In this document: positions 35,501 to 48,290 of the stretch, piece by piece
Layout of the letters: every line of letters starts with the position of its first letter
Position numbering within the stretch: the first letter of the stretch is position 1
Assembly: GCA_013239625.1 (NCBI GenBank)
Contig: MU054001.1
Coordinates: forward strand, 4,876,167-4,940,166
Length of the DNA stretch: 64,000 bases
Direction of reading: 5' to 3'
DNA from: Lama guanicoe
Taxonomy: Eukaryota
Position numbers and translations under genes: made by a program
Notes under the pieces: generated by a model
The model's input: only the letters and a program-made list of their open reading frames with translations
Told to the model about the DNA's origin: nothing
The model's database searches: none

Positions 35501-38500
35501 TAGATTTTGAAAGATAGATATTATACAAAGTATATTCTCTGACCACAACAGGATGAAGTTAGAAATCAAAAACAGAAGTATCACTGGAAAATTCACAAGT
35601 TTGTGGAAATTAAACAACATACTTAAACAGCCAGTGGATCAAAGGAGAAATCACAGGTGAAATTAAAAAGATACCTAGAGACAAATGAAAATGAAAACAC
35701 AACATATTAAAACTTATGGAACACAATGAAGACAGTGCTAAAAGGGGTAATTTATATCTATAAATGCCTGCATTAAAAAACAAGAAAGATCTCAATCCAA
35801 CAAGCAACTTAGCTTTACAACTTAAGGAACTAAAATAAGAAGAACAAACTAAAGCCAGCAGAAGGAAGGAAATAATAAAGATTAGAGCTGAGATAAATAA
35901 ACTGAAAAATAGAAAAAAATAGAGAAAAATCAGTGAAACCAAAAGTTAGTTCTTTGAGAAGATCAATAAAATTGATAAACCTTTATTCCAATTGACTAAG
36001 AAAAAAGAAAGACGGCTCAAAAACAACTAAAATCAGAAATGGAAGTACAGACAGTACTATTGATTTTATAGAAATAAAAAGGATTATAAAAAAACAACTT
36101 GCAAGAAAGAACAATTATACACCAACAAATTGGATAATCTACATGAAATGGACAAATTCTTAGGACCACAAACCTACTAAGAATAAATCACAAAGAAATA
36201 GAGAATCTGGATAGACTGTAGCTGTTAAGGAGATTGAATCAGTAATCCAAAATCTCCTGACAAATAAAATCCCTGGACCTGGTGGCTTCACTGGTGAATT
36301 CTACCAAATGTTTAGAGAGGAACTAAGAACAATATTTCTCAAACTGTTCCAAAATATTGAAGAGGGGTGAATACTTCCTAACTCATTCTATGAGGCCAAT
36401 ATAACTTTCATACCAAAATCAGACCGACACTACAAGAAAACTACAGACCAATATTCCTTATGAACATTGATGCAAAAATCCTTGACAAAACACTAGCAAG
36501 TCAAATTCAGCAGCATATCAAAAGGATTATATATCATAACCATGTAGGATTTATTCCTGGAAATGCAAGAATGATCTGACATATGATAACAGGACGACAT
36601 GATCCACCCCATTAACAGAATGAAGGAAAAAACCCCACATAATCCTCTTAATTGATGCAGAAAAAAACATTAAACAAAATTCAACATCGTTCCTTGATAA
36701 AGACATTCAGCAACCTAGGAATAGAAGAAAATTACCTCAACATAATAAAAGCCGATCTGAAAACCCATACTGAATATCAAACTCCACTGTGAAATCCTGA
36801 AAGTTTTTCCTCTAAGATCCAGAACAAGTCAAGGATTTCCACTTTTGCCACTTCTATTCAACATAAGACTGGAAGTTCTAGCCAGAGCAATCAGGCAATA
36901 AACAGAATTAAAAGCCATTCAAATTGGAAAGGGAGAATTGAAATGACCTCTGTTCATACATGATATGATCTTATATGTAGAAGATTTTAAAGATTCCACA
37001 AAATATTTAAAACTAATAAATGAGCTCAGCAAAGCAGCAGAATATAAAGTCAACACACAAAAATCAGTTGCTTTTTTAATGCATAACAATGAACAATCTG
37101 CAAAAGAAATTATAAAACAATTCCATTTACAATAACATCAGAAGGAATAAAATACTTAGGAGATAATTTAACAAAGAAGGTAATAGATTTGTACAATGAA
37201 AACTAGAAAACATTGCTGAAAAAAATTAAAGTAGAATAAATGAATGGAAACACAGCTTGTGTTCATGGAAAGCAATATTATCAAAATGGGTTTTAAAATT
37301 AAAACCCAAAGCAAATCACAGATTTAATGCAATCCCTATCAAAATTCCAATGACTTTTTTTTTTTGCAGAAATAGAAAGACCCATACTAAAATTCATATG
37401 GAATCTGAAAGAACCTGAATAGCCAAACAATCCTGAAAAAGAAGAACACAACTGGAGGGCTCACAGTTCTTTATTTCAAAACTTACTTCAAAGCTATGGG
37501 AATTAATACATTGTGGTGTTGGCATAAAGACACTTACAGACCGAAGGAATAGAATAGAAAACCCAGAAATAAGTCTTTGCATATATGTTCAAATGATTGT
37601 TGACAAGGATGCCAAGACCATTAAATGGGAAAAGGACAGTCTTTTCAACAAATGGTGCTGGGAAAGCTGGATGCAGGCAAAAGAATGAAGTTGGGCGTCT
37701 ACCGAACACTATATAAAAATTAACCCCAAATGGATGAAGGACTTGAACATAAGACTTAAAACAATGAAATTTTTAAAAGAAAACACAAAAGCTTCACAGC
37801 ACTGTATTTGGCAATGATTTCTTGGATCTAACACAAAAGGCACAGGTAACAACAACAAAAAAACCAGTAAATAACAAATATCGGAGACAGTGTGGAGAAA
37901 TTGCAATCTTTGTGCACTGTTGGTAGGAATATAAAATGTTTCAACTGCTGTGGAAAACAATATGGTGATTCCTCAAAAATTAAAAATAGGATAACCATAT
38001 GACCCAGCAATTCTGCTTCTGGGGAATACAACCAGAAGAATGGAAAGCAGGGTCTCAAAGAGATATTTGTATACTCATGTTCTTAATAGTGTTATTCACA
38101 ATATCTAAAACATGGAAGTAATCCAAGGGTCTATCAATGGACAAATAACTGAGAAAATGTGGTAAATCTACAATGGAATATTATTCAGCCTTAAAAGGAA
38201 TGAAATTCTGATATATACTACAACATGGAAAAATCTTGAAAACGTTACGCTAAGTGGAATAAACCAGCCACAAAAAGACAAATACTGTATGATTCCACTC
38301 ATATGCAGTACTTAGAGTAGTGAAAATCATAGAGACAGAAAGTAGAATGGTGGTTGCCAGGGGCTAGGGGCAAGGGGAACGCAAGGCTATTGTTTAATGG
38401 GTAGAGTTTCAGTTTACAAGATGAAAAGAATTCTGGAGATGGATGACGGTGACAGTTGCACAACTTTACAAATGTACGTAATATCACTGAAATGTACACT

Positions 38501-38550
38501 TGAAAACAGTTAAGATGGTGAATTTTGTGTTATGTGTATTTTACCACAAT
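32588..38550 (+). mobile_element. Inner near-full-length L1 (L1MB-like), about 6 kb, decayed
   Basis: 5' end aatatggtggagtaggaagc; ORF1 coiled-coil remnant (33625-33840); ORF2 start MTEVNPSLSVITLN at 34866; 3' end tgtgtattttaccacaataaa; TSD aaaaatgaaggcaaaa (32572-32587) / aaaaaagaaggcaaaa (38551-38566). Confidence 0.92.
34866..38250 (+). pseudogene. Decayed L1 ORF2 (APE endonuclease and reverse transcriptase) of the inner L1
   Basis: ORF 35125-35517 contains VGDYNTPL and YIFFSSVHGIFYRIDHML; the RT catalytic FADD reads FIHD at 36953-36964; many stops, frameshifts and deletions. Confidence 0.85.
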
Positions 38551-41500
38551 AAAAAAGAAGGCAAAAATAAAGATATTTTAGATATACAAAAGCTTAAGGG
38601 TTCAATTTTAAATACAAAAAAGGTTAAAAGTAAAAGGATACAAAAAGGTATACCATGCTAACACTAATGAAAAGAAACTAGACAAGATGAAATTTTAGAT
38701 AAAGAAATAGTACAACTATACAGAGGGTTCCTTTATAAATAAAGAGTTCAATATATCAAGAAAATGTAACAATTATAAATTTTTATACACTTATTAACTG
38801 AGATTCAAAATTCTTGAAGCAAAAACTCATAGAATCGCAAGGGGAAATAGACACATCTAAATTATAGTCAGAGATTTCAGTACTACTGTGTCAATTTTTA
38901 ATACAATACATATGCAGAAAATTAGTAAGTGTATGGAAGATTTATATATTACTTTGCAAGGCCACATGGAACACTGGCCAAGATAGATCATATTCTGGGC
39001 CATAGAGTAAGTCATGATAAATGTAAAAAGATTTGTCATACAATATATTTTTCTGATCATAATAGAACTAAATTAGAAATAAATAACATAAAGATCTTTG
39101 AAAAGACCCTGAGTATTTGGAAACAAAATGACACAATTCTAAATAACCTATGGCTCTAAGAAGGAATCAAAGGGGAAAAAAATAAAAAAATACAAAGTAT
39201 TTTTTTTTCTGTAGGAAAATGATGACTATATCAAAAGTTGTAAAATATCTCTAAAGCAGTACTTCAGGAAAATTTATACTACTAAATGTTCACACTAGAA
39301 AGGAAGAAATTTCTCAAATCAATGACCTAATCTTTTACCTTAAAAAACTACAAACAGAAGAGCAAAATAAGCTGAAAGTAAGCAGAATAAAGCAAATATA
39401 AAGATCAGAGTGAAAATCAGTGTAATAGAAGTAGAGAAAATAGATGAAACCCAAAGCTAGGGCTTTCAGAAGATCAATAAAAGCAGCAGACCTCTACTCA
39501 GACTGATAAAAAAGAGAGCGAGAGAGGACAGAAATTAGCAATACCAGCAGTGAGAGAATTAGCATCTCTGCAGGCTTTAGAGATATTAAAAGGCTAATGA
39601 GGGAGTACTACGAACAATTCTATGTCAATAAATTCAATATTTTAGATGAAAAAACAAAATCCTTGAAAATCACAAACAGATCTCATCCCAAAAGAACAGA
39701 TAATCTGAATAGCTCCCTATCTTTTAAAATAATTAAATTTATAACAGAAACATCCCCACAAAGAAAACTGCAGGCCTAGGAACCTTCACTTGTGAAGTCT
39801 ATCAAACATTCAAATAAAAAAAGAAATAATAACAATTCTACATAAACTCTTCCAGAAAATCGAAGAGGAGGAAATATTTCCACTTCATCCTGTGTGTGCG
39901 GCATTATCCTGAGATCAAAACCAGATAAAGGTATTACATTAAAAAAAGCTACAGACCAATTCCTTCTTGAATTATATATATTTTACCACAACCACACACA
40001 CAAAATAGGCAAAATAGCCTGTTTCAGACATACGAACACTGGAGAATAATATCCTTCATGTAAAAATTTAAAACAAAATTTTAGGAAATGAAATTCCATA
40101 GCAAATAAAAAGGATAATATATCATGACCAAGGTAGTTTTACATTTTAAAATTAATCAATGCAATTGACCATGTTCAAGAATGAGAAAAGGAAAATTTTA
40201 TAATCACCTTCAGAGACACAGAAAAAGCATTTGATAAAATTCAACATCTTTTCCTGTTAAAATTTCTCAACAAATTACGAACAGAAGGGAACTTCTTTAT
40301 CTTGAAAAACCTACAGCTAACATCATGTTTAATGATGAAAGAATGAGTGCATTTCTCCTAAAATAAGGAACAAGACAAGGACGTCCACTCTTACTGCTTC
40401 TATTCAATACTGTATGGGAGGCTCTAGCAGTAAAATAGTGGGGAAAGACTAGGAAAAATAAAAAAAAAAGAAAAGGGTGGAAGAGTGAGGCACGAAGAGG
40501 AGAGGAGAGGGTAGGAAAAAGAAAGAAAGGGAGGGTGGGGGAGAGAAAGACAGTACATCTATATCGAAAAAGAAGTAAAAATATCTTTATTTGTAGATGA
40601 TGATTATCTTTATAGAAAATCTGATAGAATCTATAAAACAACAACTAGAATTAAGATGTTTAGCAAGGCTGTAGGAAACAAGGTCAATATATAAAAATTA
40701 ACTGTATTTAGCAAGGAATGATTAAAAATTAAAATGAAACATACCATTTATAGTAATATCAAAAAATATGAAACAGGAATAAATCTGACAAAAGGTGTGC
40801 AAGAGCTATACACCAAAACCCACAAAATATTGCTGAAGAAATTTAAGAAGAACTAAACAAATAGATATACTTTGTTCGCAGATTAGCAGTCTTGGTATTT
40901 TTAAGATGTTAAATCTTCCCAAATTTACCTGCAGCAATTCCAATCAAAATTAACAAGCTGACTCTAAAATTCTAAAAACAACTTTGCACAAGACAAAGTT
41001 GGGGACTACAGTGACTTTACAAAAAAGTTACAGTAATCAAGAGGGTGTGGTATTTTGTCGTAAAGAGATAAATGAAACAGAATGAAACAGAGCCCAGAAA
41101 CAGGGCTCTCTCCATATACGTGGAAAACTGAATTTTGACTGAGGTGCAAAGGTAGAGAAAAGATAGTTTTTTCAACAAATAGTGTTGAAACATTTGGATA
41201 TCCATTTGCAAAAGTATGAACTCTGATTTATACCTCTCATCATATAAAAAGTTTAACACAAAGTGGATCATGAATCTAAATGTAAAAAATAAAGCCATGC
41301 AAATTTCTGAAGGAAAAAACAGGAGAAAATGTGTGACCTTGGGTTGGGCAAAGATTTCTTAGGAATGACATCAAAACCAGGATCCCTAACAGCAAACAAT
41401 TGATAAATTGGATTTTATCTAAATTAAAAACTTCTGTTCTTTGCAAAACACCATTAGAAGAATGAAAAGACAAACCAGAGAATATGATACAGAATACGAT

Positions 41501-42394
41501 AAAATAGTATCAATCCTATATCTGATAAAGGATTTGTTTCTAGGATAAAGAACTTTCAAAATTTAAGAATAAGAAAACTAACAAGCCAATAGAAGATGGC
41601 AAACGATTTGAACAGACACTTTAGCAGAGAGGATACATGGATGGCAAATAAGCACATGAAAAGATGCTCAGTATCATTTGCCAGCAGAGAAATGCAAACT
41701 AACCACCACTGATCATCTATGAGAATGGGGGAAATGAACAAGGCTGACCATACCAAGTGCTGATGAGGATGTAGGAAAACTAGAACTCCCTTCTACTGCT
41801 GATTTGAAAAAATAGTTTAATGGTTTCTTAAAAATTTAAACATGTACCTGTCGTGCAATCAGACCACCTTACTCTTAAGAGATTTATCACTGGAGATGAA
41901 AACATCTATCCATCGGAAAATTTGCACATGAATGTTCGTTGCAGCTTAATTTTTTATTTTTGCTGCAACCAGCTGGATGAATGGATAAACAAAGTGTGGT
42001 ATATCTGTACAATGGAATATTACTTAGCAACAGAAAGAAAGGAGCTACTGATACAAACAAAAGAATCTCAAAATAATCATTAAGAGAGAGAAGCCAGACA
42101 TCGAAAGAGTATATATCATGTTGTTCAGTGTATACAAAACTCTGGAAGAACAGCCAACTAATCTAGAGAGACAGAAAGCTGATCACTGGCTACCTGGGTA
42201 CTGGGGCAAGGGTGAGTAGGAGGCATTGCAGAGTCAGGAGGGAACTCTGGGGGGTGATGGCTAGGTTCCCTACCTTGACTGTGGTGATGGTCCAGAGGCC
42301 TATACATGGGTCAAATCTTGGCTCAATGTACACATTAAATGTGTGCGATTTATTGCACCTAGATTATCCTCAATAAAGTTGTGGGGTTTTTTTA

Positions 42395-42520
42395 AAGAAG
42401 GTAGTGAGGAAGAAAGAAGAAGAAAGTGCCCTGGCAGAGGTGACAGCCTGTGTAAAGGACGGGAGGTGAGAACGAGAGAGATTCTAAGAAGGGAAGAGAT
42501 TTCAGCCTGGCCGGAGAACA
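42395..42520 (-). mobile_element. L2 fragment, right part
   Basis: aaagtgccctggcagaggtgacagcctgtgtaaaggacgggaggtgagaa continues the L2 broken at about 31235. Confidence 0.65.
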
Positions 42521-42945
42521 GGGCATGAAACCGAAAGTGGGGAGACAGGAAGTAATTATTGATCCCTTGTTACCTGCTCTTACTACAAGAAGCTCTGGGA
42601 ACAGTGCCCTGGCCTGGCCCACTGCGCTCCTGCTTTTTCTGTTTCTTATGTTTTCCCATGACACTCAGCCTCTCTGTGGAGATACTCGAATGAGCACGAC
42701 CCTGGAAGTCGGAGCACAGAATCCTTAGGCAGGGCCTGAAGGAAGGAGGCTGTAGACTGAAAGGGGAAGGTGGGAGGGGCTCAGGGTCAGGAGGCCAGAG
42801 ACTGGAGAGTGTGGCCTGAAGAGGCAGAGAGCTGGACCCCAGACTGTGTCCCCTTTCCTGCTCCTCCACCCACCCCACCGTATTGCTTCAGAACCTCCTT
42901 TCCAGACCAGTGAGGAACTATACCAATTCACAAAAGCCAGTGTGT

Positions 42946-43089
42946 GGGGGTGAGGGTACAGCTTAGTGGTAGAGTGCATGCCTAGCACACACGAGGTTAA
43001 GTGTTCAATCCCCAGTACCTCCATTAAATAAATAAATGAATGAATGAATGAATGAACAAGCCTAATTATCTCCCCTCCCCACTCCTGAA
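42946..43089 (+). mobile_element. tRNA-derived SINE (Vic-1 type) with (TGAA)n linker
   Basis: gggtgagggtacagcttagtggtagagtgcatgcctagc...gttcaatccccagtacctcc...cctaattatctcccc; degenerate TSD at 42932-42947 and 43090-43105 (13/16). Confidence 0.88.
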
Positions 43090-43659
43090 AAAGGCCAATG
43101 TGCGGAAAATTCATTTAACAAGTCCGGTTTGCTGAATGAGCTGTCAGACACACATCTTGGTCTAGCAGAGTTCTCCGCAGTCATTTTAACCCCAAAGGTG
43201 CAAGAGTGGGTGGGAGGACAGGCACCCAGCAAGCAGCGTTTAGCACAGCCCGTGCATTTGCATTATGAGGAGTGGCAGAGGCAGGGCAAAGACCCGAGTT
43301 AGGGGAACAAAAACTCCCAGAGCAGCCCTCAGGAGCTGGGTCGGCTGGCCACTAGGTGAACTGATCTTCCGCAACCTGATTCCTGGAGATCAGCCCGGGG
43401 CTCCGGGAGGAAGCGGCCTGCATTGATGCAGTTCTCTGAGGGAGAGCTGACGTCGTTCACAGCCCACTGCTGAAGCCAGCAGATGATGTTTTTGGAGGTG
43501 CTGGGTTTGGGGTGTTGTCTGGAGCGTGCTGTGGTGCTGCAGTGGGCTGAGGGTGCCCAGTGAAAGCAGAGAGAGACAAAAAAATAAATAAGTAAAAAGA
43601 CAAGATCTACGGGAATGAGAAGACAAGAAAAGTCAACATGCAACACCACCAGCAAGCAG

Positions 43660-43915
43660 GATGGTCTAAGAATGAAGCACAGTGTGTCACATAAACATGA
43701 CATAGGGTTCAGCAGAGGCAGAGACTGGACCAGAAGGCAGCATGTGAGTGTCTTTTTGGGAAGACGGGATTGAAATGGGTCTAAAAAGATGAGTTTAGAT
43801 TTGGATCAGGACAGGAAAAGAAGGAGGTCCCAGGCAGAGGGCAAGACCCTGAGCTAAGGGTGAGGGACAAGGCACACAAGGGCCAGCATCTTCTATAGCA
43901 TGGCAGGAACAAGTG
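43660..43915 (-). mobile_element. L2 fragment
   Basis: gggattgaaatgggtctaaaaagatgag...cccaggcagagggcaagaccctgagctaagg. Confidence 0.5.
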
Positions 43916-44499
43916 GGACTACATAATATTAAGACTGTCCCTTGAAAAACGGTAGGCAGCCAGCCTGGAAATGCCATCGGTGGTTGAGATTAGGGTGATA
44001 GGGTTTGCATGTTTGTTCACCTGTCTTCTTCTGATTTTTCCACCATGAATATATGTTACTTGTGCATTGCAAAGAGCTTACGAACCTGCAAACTAACAAG
44101 CCTAGCCAGTTTCCCTTCAGTCTAACAATCCCCAGACCGGACCTTCCGGGGACAGTAGTTTGAAGACCGACCGCTCTCCCTGAGAGATGGAAACCCCGGG
44201 GGGTCCAGCCTCCATCTGTCTCTGAGGCCTCCTGCGGGCCTTGTAAGATCCTACCAGGCCATGGGCTGGACTGGATGTAGGCCAGTGGCGGGAGAACCTG
44301 CTCTAGCTGGCAGTGCAAGGTGCCAGGCGCACCTGAGCAGGCGGGCAGGTGTGACAGATGCCCTGGACCACATGGAGCTGGTGGTGCCTTGGGCACACAC
44401 ACCGTCCCACCCCACCTCCCCTCCTCAAACCTCCCTCTGCTTCCCGGCTAGCTCAGGTGTGGTGCATCTGTGGCCTGTTGGCAGCTTTCTGCCCGCAGT

Positions 44500-44770
44500 G
44501 CTAGGGAGCTGTCAGGTTAAAAGCTGGCTTGCTCGATTTGATCCCACATGTGAGCTGTTTTATTTCCCTCTCTTTCCCTTACATGGCTTCGGTGTGCTTT
44601 TATAAATATTTCACTAGCCTTGCTAAAGTCTATTTCATCTCTCTCTTAAATTTATTAAATATAAATGCAGCAACAACTCTACCATAAGTCTCTCTTTGCT
44701 GTCAAAATCTCAGGCTCCCGTGGAAGTAAATGTAATTTGCTTTGTTTACCATGGGTAATTCGGAGCCCTA
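44500..44770. promoter_or_regulatory. Candidate enhancer (TALE/HOX/FOX motifs)
   Basis: ctgtca at 44509 and 44699, ttttataaa at 44598, tgtttac at 44743; AT-rich and repeat-free. Confidence 0.4.
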
Positions 44771-46849
44771 TCTGTTGTACCAGCACCTCCTGTGCCCCCC
44801 AAATCTCCTTGCTTTTATTTGTGGGGGTCTGCCATATCCCCACATAAGGCACGGGGACATGGTTGCCACTTTGAAGATGGCATGACAAAGGACCAGCAGG
44901 GGCTGTTCTCTGAGACTTGTGCGGCCAGAATCCGTTGGTCCCTTGGTCTCCCAGTGGTCCCCTTGGTGAGTAAGGGGAGTCTTTGTTCATCACCCCAGAA
45001 CTGTGTGGGCCTGGGGATCTGTTTGAGCGGTGCTTTGCCCCTTGCATCTCTTGGAGAGTAAGCCCATCTGCTGCAGCTGGTGACCTGGCCAGCAAAAGAC
45101 GCAGACTGATGTGAAGTGATGGATGGCACTGACACCCCTTCCGCCCCAGACCTGGAGTCAGCAGAACCAGGGGCAAGGCAGGGATTCTGGTCCCCAAAAG
45201 CCAGCCGTAACCCCACCCCACGCCCCCCTGCCACTTTCTTTGTTCTTTGTTAATTGCAAAGTAAACACAACCCTGCCCACCAACTGGGAAAAGAGATTTC
45301 TGCCAACTGGGGTAGGCAGCAGGCAGTGGGCAGGGCTGCCTCTGGTTCTGGCATTTGCCCTCCATTGACTACATGTGATTTTGCGGAGGCCACCAGGGTC
45401 CTGGAGGATCACAGGGTTGGGAAGCACCTGCTTTAGGGCTTGCTAGCTCAGGTGACCACCTACGTCTGGTAGGTCAGAGGAATGGGTGAAGTGAGTTGTC
45501 ACGATGGAAGAGCAGGCACTTTTTTGCACCTGAAATCAGTGAGGAGAGTGTTCTCTTTCATGAAGAACTCAGTCACTTTCCCAAAGAAATGTGCCTTTTC
45601 CCATTTTTCATTTAATAAAAATGGCCTTCTAGGTCCAGCCTGTGTTTCTCTGCTTTTGGTAGTGACATTAGTGCAGAAAGTATTGCATTTCCTTCGCCTA
45701 TAAGAAAGTCAGAAGGTAAGGCTTGGCCCAGAACCTGGGTTCCTAACTCCCATCCTGGAACCTTCCACCAGATTTGCTGAGATGAAGGCAGGTGATTGCA
45801 AGGCTCTGATGACTTGGTCTGGGAGACTTGGCAGGAGGCTCGTAGGAGTTCAGATCTGTTCTAAAGCTCTCCACAGCTGCGGAACACTGGCTCCCACTAT
45901 GCCCGTGCTCTGGGGTCTTTGAGGCTATCCTGCCTCCTCCTCTTGGGGAGAGGAGGGCCGAGTGGGCTCAGAGCCCTTCTGCCTCCATGTCCCACTTAGA
46001 CACAGCAAGGTAAGAGAATTTGTACCCCCAGGAGGTGAAAAGAGTATGTTTCGGGGGCCAGTTTAAGACTTCTGTGAGGCCCTCCTCCATATCACATCAA
46101 CATATTAAAATCTACGCAGCTTACGTTGACTGTAATCATTGCAAAAATTACTTTGTTTAAAAATGTTAAAAGGGTTTTGGAATCTGGCTTTAAATTGTCA
46201 GTAATTTCGATTTTACAGTTTTCCAGTCATATTTTAGAGTCAATACCCTTTTTTTTCTTTTTGGATCTCAAGCACGTTTAACGGTCCCTGAAATATCTAT
46301 AGCCTCCACCCCTTACAAGGTCAACCCAGCTGAGCCCCTGGGTCTGGGGTGGCAGAGCCAGAATCGGGGGTTTCAGCAGAGGGGAGAAGCCCCTTGCCCT
46401 GGAACCGATCCCCTTCTTCCTTCTGCCTTCCTTGGGATGCCTCTGGGGAAGCACACCCTGCAGACCCCTGCCAGCCTCCCCTCCCTGGCTGGGTGGGAGG
46501 TGAATGACACAGGCAGCGGCAGTCTCTCTGTGTCAATTGCATGAGAGCTCAGTTGTGGGGCTGGTGGCTTCCTGCCTCACCGTTGGGAGCGAGGCTATTT
46601 CAGGCTCTCGCCGCTTCTCCTCTGTTCCAGGGAGGGAAGGATGGAGGGCAGGCGGTGGAGGGGGGCGGAGCCAGTGTCTCTGCCTCCACCAGGTGTATCA
46701 GAGGCAAACTTTTCTTTTCCTGTTTCTGCTGCCCACTGCTGGTGGAATGGGTTTGTCAAGTGGGCATAACTCTCTTTGATATGTTTTTTATTCACCTTTT
46801 TTGGAGTGAAAAAAAACCCAAAAAGAGCCCAGTTACGTTTTACTCAAGG

Positions 46850-47035
46850 GGTTAGGAAAGTTGCCATATAAGGCAACATTTCACCAAGTGAAATTTACCT
46901 TGAAAATCCCATAAATCATTAGGACCTGGTGGATCCTAAGAATTCAGCTTATTTATTTCTTAAGCATTTTAGCAGTGGCTTCCCTTTCCCTGGGGCAGTG
47001 GGGACAAGAGAAGAGTGACTGTGTAAATAAAGGCC
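46850..47035. promoter_or_regulatory. Motif cluster: CArG box, PBX-HOX site, FOX site
   Basis: ccatataagg (46864-46873) is a perfect CC(A/T)6GG; ccataaatca (46909-46918) is TGATTTATGG on the minus strand; gtaaata at 47023-47029. Confidence 0.5.
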
Positions 47036-47475
47036 CCTCTGTCTGCTTGCCTTTCTGTCTGCTTGAGCCTCTTTCCAGGCTGGCCGCCGTCCCTCTCTGG
47101 GTAGGGCGACTGTTGGTATGAATCAATTTTTTGTACTTCTGCACAACATTTTGTCAAAATGCTCTCCCACCCACCAAACTGAAACATTTTTCCGGCACGC
47201 TCTGTCCTCAGAAGGTCAGCAGGACGCAGCTCATATCTCTGTTCCTCATAGGAGGACACCGAGGCTGGGTGGGAGATGCCATCTCTGGGTTGCGTGGTAA
47301 GTCGCTGGGACTTGAAGCAGTGTCTCTGGCCACTGTGCGGGCTCCTCCCACTGCCCCGTACTGCCCCTTGCTCTGTTCCCTGTGGGCGAGGCCTGGAATA
47401 GGCCCCTTGGTCAACTTTTGGACTGAGGCTGGGGTCTCCCCCAACTGTGGCTTGAGAAACTCTGATGGCTCTGAG

Positions 47476-47685
47476 CAGAGGCTCTCCCCGGGGGCAGTTT
47501 CGCCTCTCAGGGGACATTTGGCAACGCATAGAAACATTTTTGGTTGTCACCGCTGGGGGTTGCTACTGGTGTCTAGGGAGTAGAGGCTGTTAAGCATCCT
47601 GCCACCACAGAACAAGCCCCTCCTCCCCCACGACGGGCAGTGATCTGGCCCAGAATATCAGTGGCGGCGAGGTGGAGCAGCTCTG
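47476..47685 (+). mobile_element. MER20 (hAT-Charlie)
   Basis: caggggacatttggcaac...gaaacatttttggttgtcac...tctggcccagaatatcagtggcggcgaggtggag. Confidence 0.88.
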
Positions 47686-47769
47686 CTGTAGGGAATAAAT
47701 TCCATATGGCTAATAACAACAGCCACTTATTTACTGCCTTCTCCTATGCACTCAGGCCACAATGCACAG

Positions 47770-47916
47770 TGAATGCTTATTGAGCACCTGCTGCATGCAT
47801 GCTGCCTTCCTAGCTTTGCCACCTCCATGTCCGTCAACTCATTACCACCTCGTAAGACATGATAAGGCAAGTGATTCTCCATATGGGACAAATGAGGAAA
47901 CTAGGGCTTAAGAGAG
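47770..47916 (-). mobile_element. MIR, interrupted by an LTR
   Basis: tgcttattgagcacctgc...acaaatgaggaaactagggcttaagagag; probable continuation near 48335-48390. Confidence 0.6.
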
Positions 47917-48290
47917 CATCATGGTTAGGTTTTCTATGGGGTAGCATGCAGGATCAGCATCTGGAGGGAGTCAAGGAAGCAAGACTGGGCAGAAGTAGAA
48001 ACCAGGCCATGATCCAATCATGGCAAAGGCCTCAGATGGTCTCCCTGGGAGCCCTGGAGCTGGTGTGGGGCTTCCGAGATGCTTCCAATCGGAGTAAGAA
48101 GTCCACCCCCAACACCAGCCATCAGATGTGGGTCACCCCAGGGAGGCGGCATCCTTGTATGAAGTGTCTCTTTCAGCCCAGGTGACACCCCAAGATGGCT
48201 CAGCAGAGAGCAGAGTGTGAACACTTAGCAGCCGTCTGCTGAGTACTTCGGCCCTGGAGGGGGCAGGGGCATGCCAGGGCATCCACTGTG
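47917..48290 (-). mobile_element. ERVL-type solo LTR (LTR16-like)
   Basis: ggaagcaagactgggcaga...aaggcctcagatggtctccctgggagccctggagctgg...ccagccatcagatgtgggtcacccc. Confidence 0.55.

Larger units (their letters stand above)
31247..42395 (+). mobile_element. Outer, older L1 (L1MC/L1MD-like), decayed, split by the inner L1 at 32588-38550
   Basis: 5' end acttccagacaagatggagtaaca; ORF1 remnant to 32587 resuming at 38567; endonuclease remnant (HGTLAKIDHILGH...SDHN, ORF 38929-39159); RT motif FVDD at 40590-40601; 3' UTR ending at aataaa 42372-42377. Confidence 0.88.

Noticed and set aside
32588..38550. Possible active retrotransposon or domesticated L1 gene
   Set aside because: Longest intact ORF2 stretch in the track is 130 aa; many stops and frameshifts; RT catalytic motif mutated.
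44679..45365. 228-aa minus-strand ORF
   Set aside because: No recognisable family; composition is that of random GC-rich sequence.
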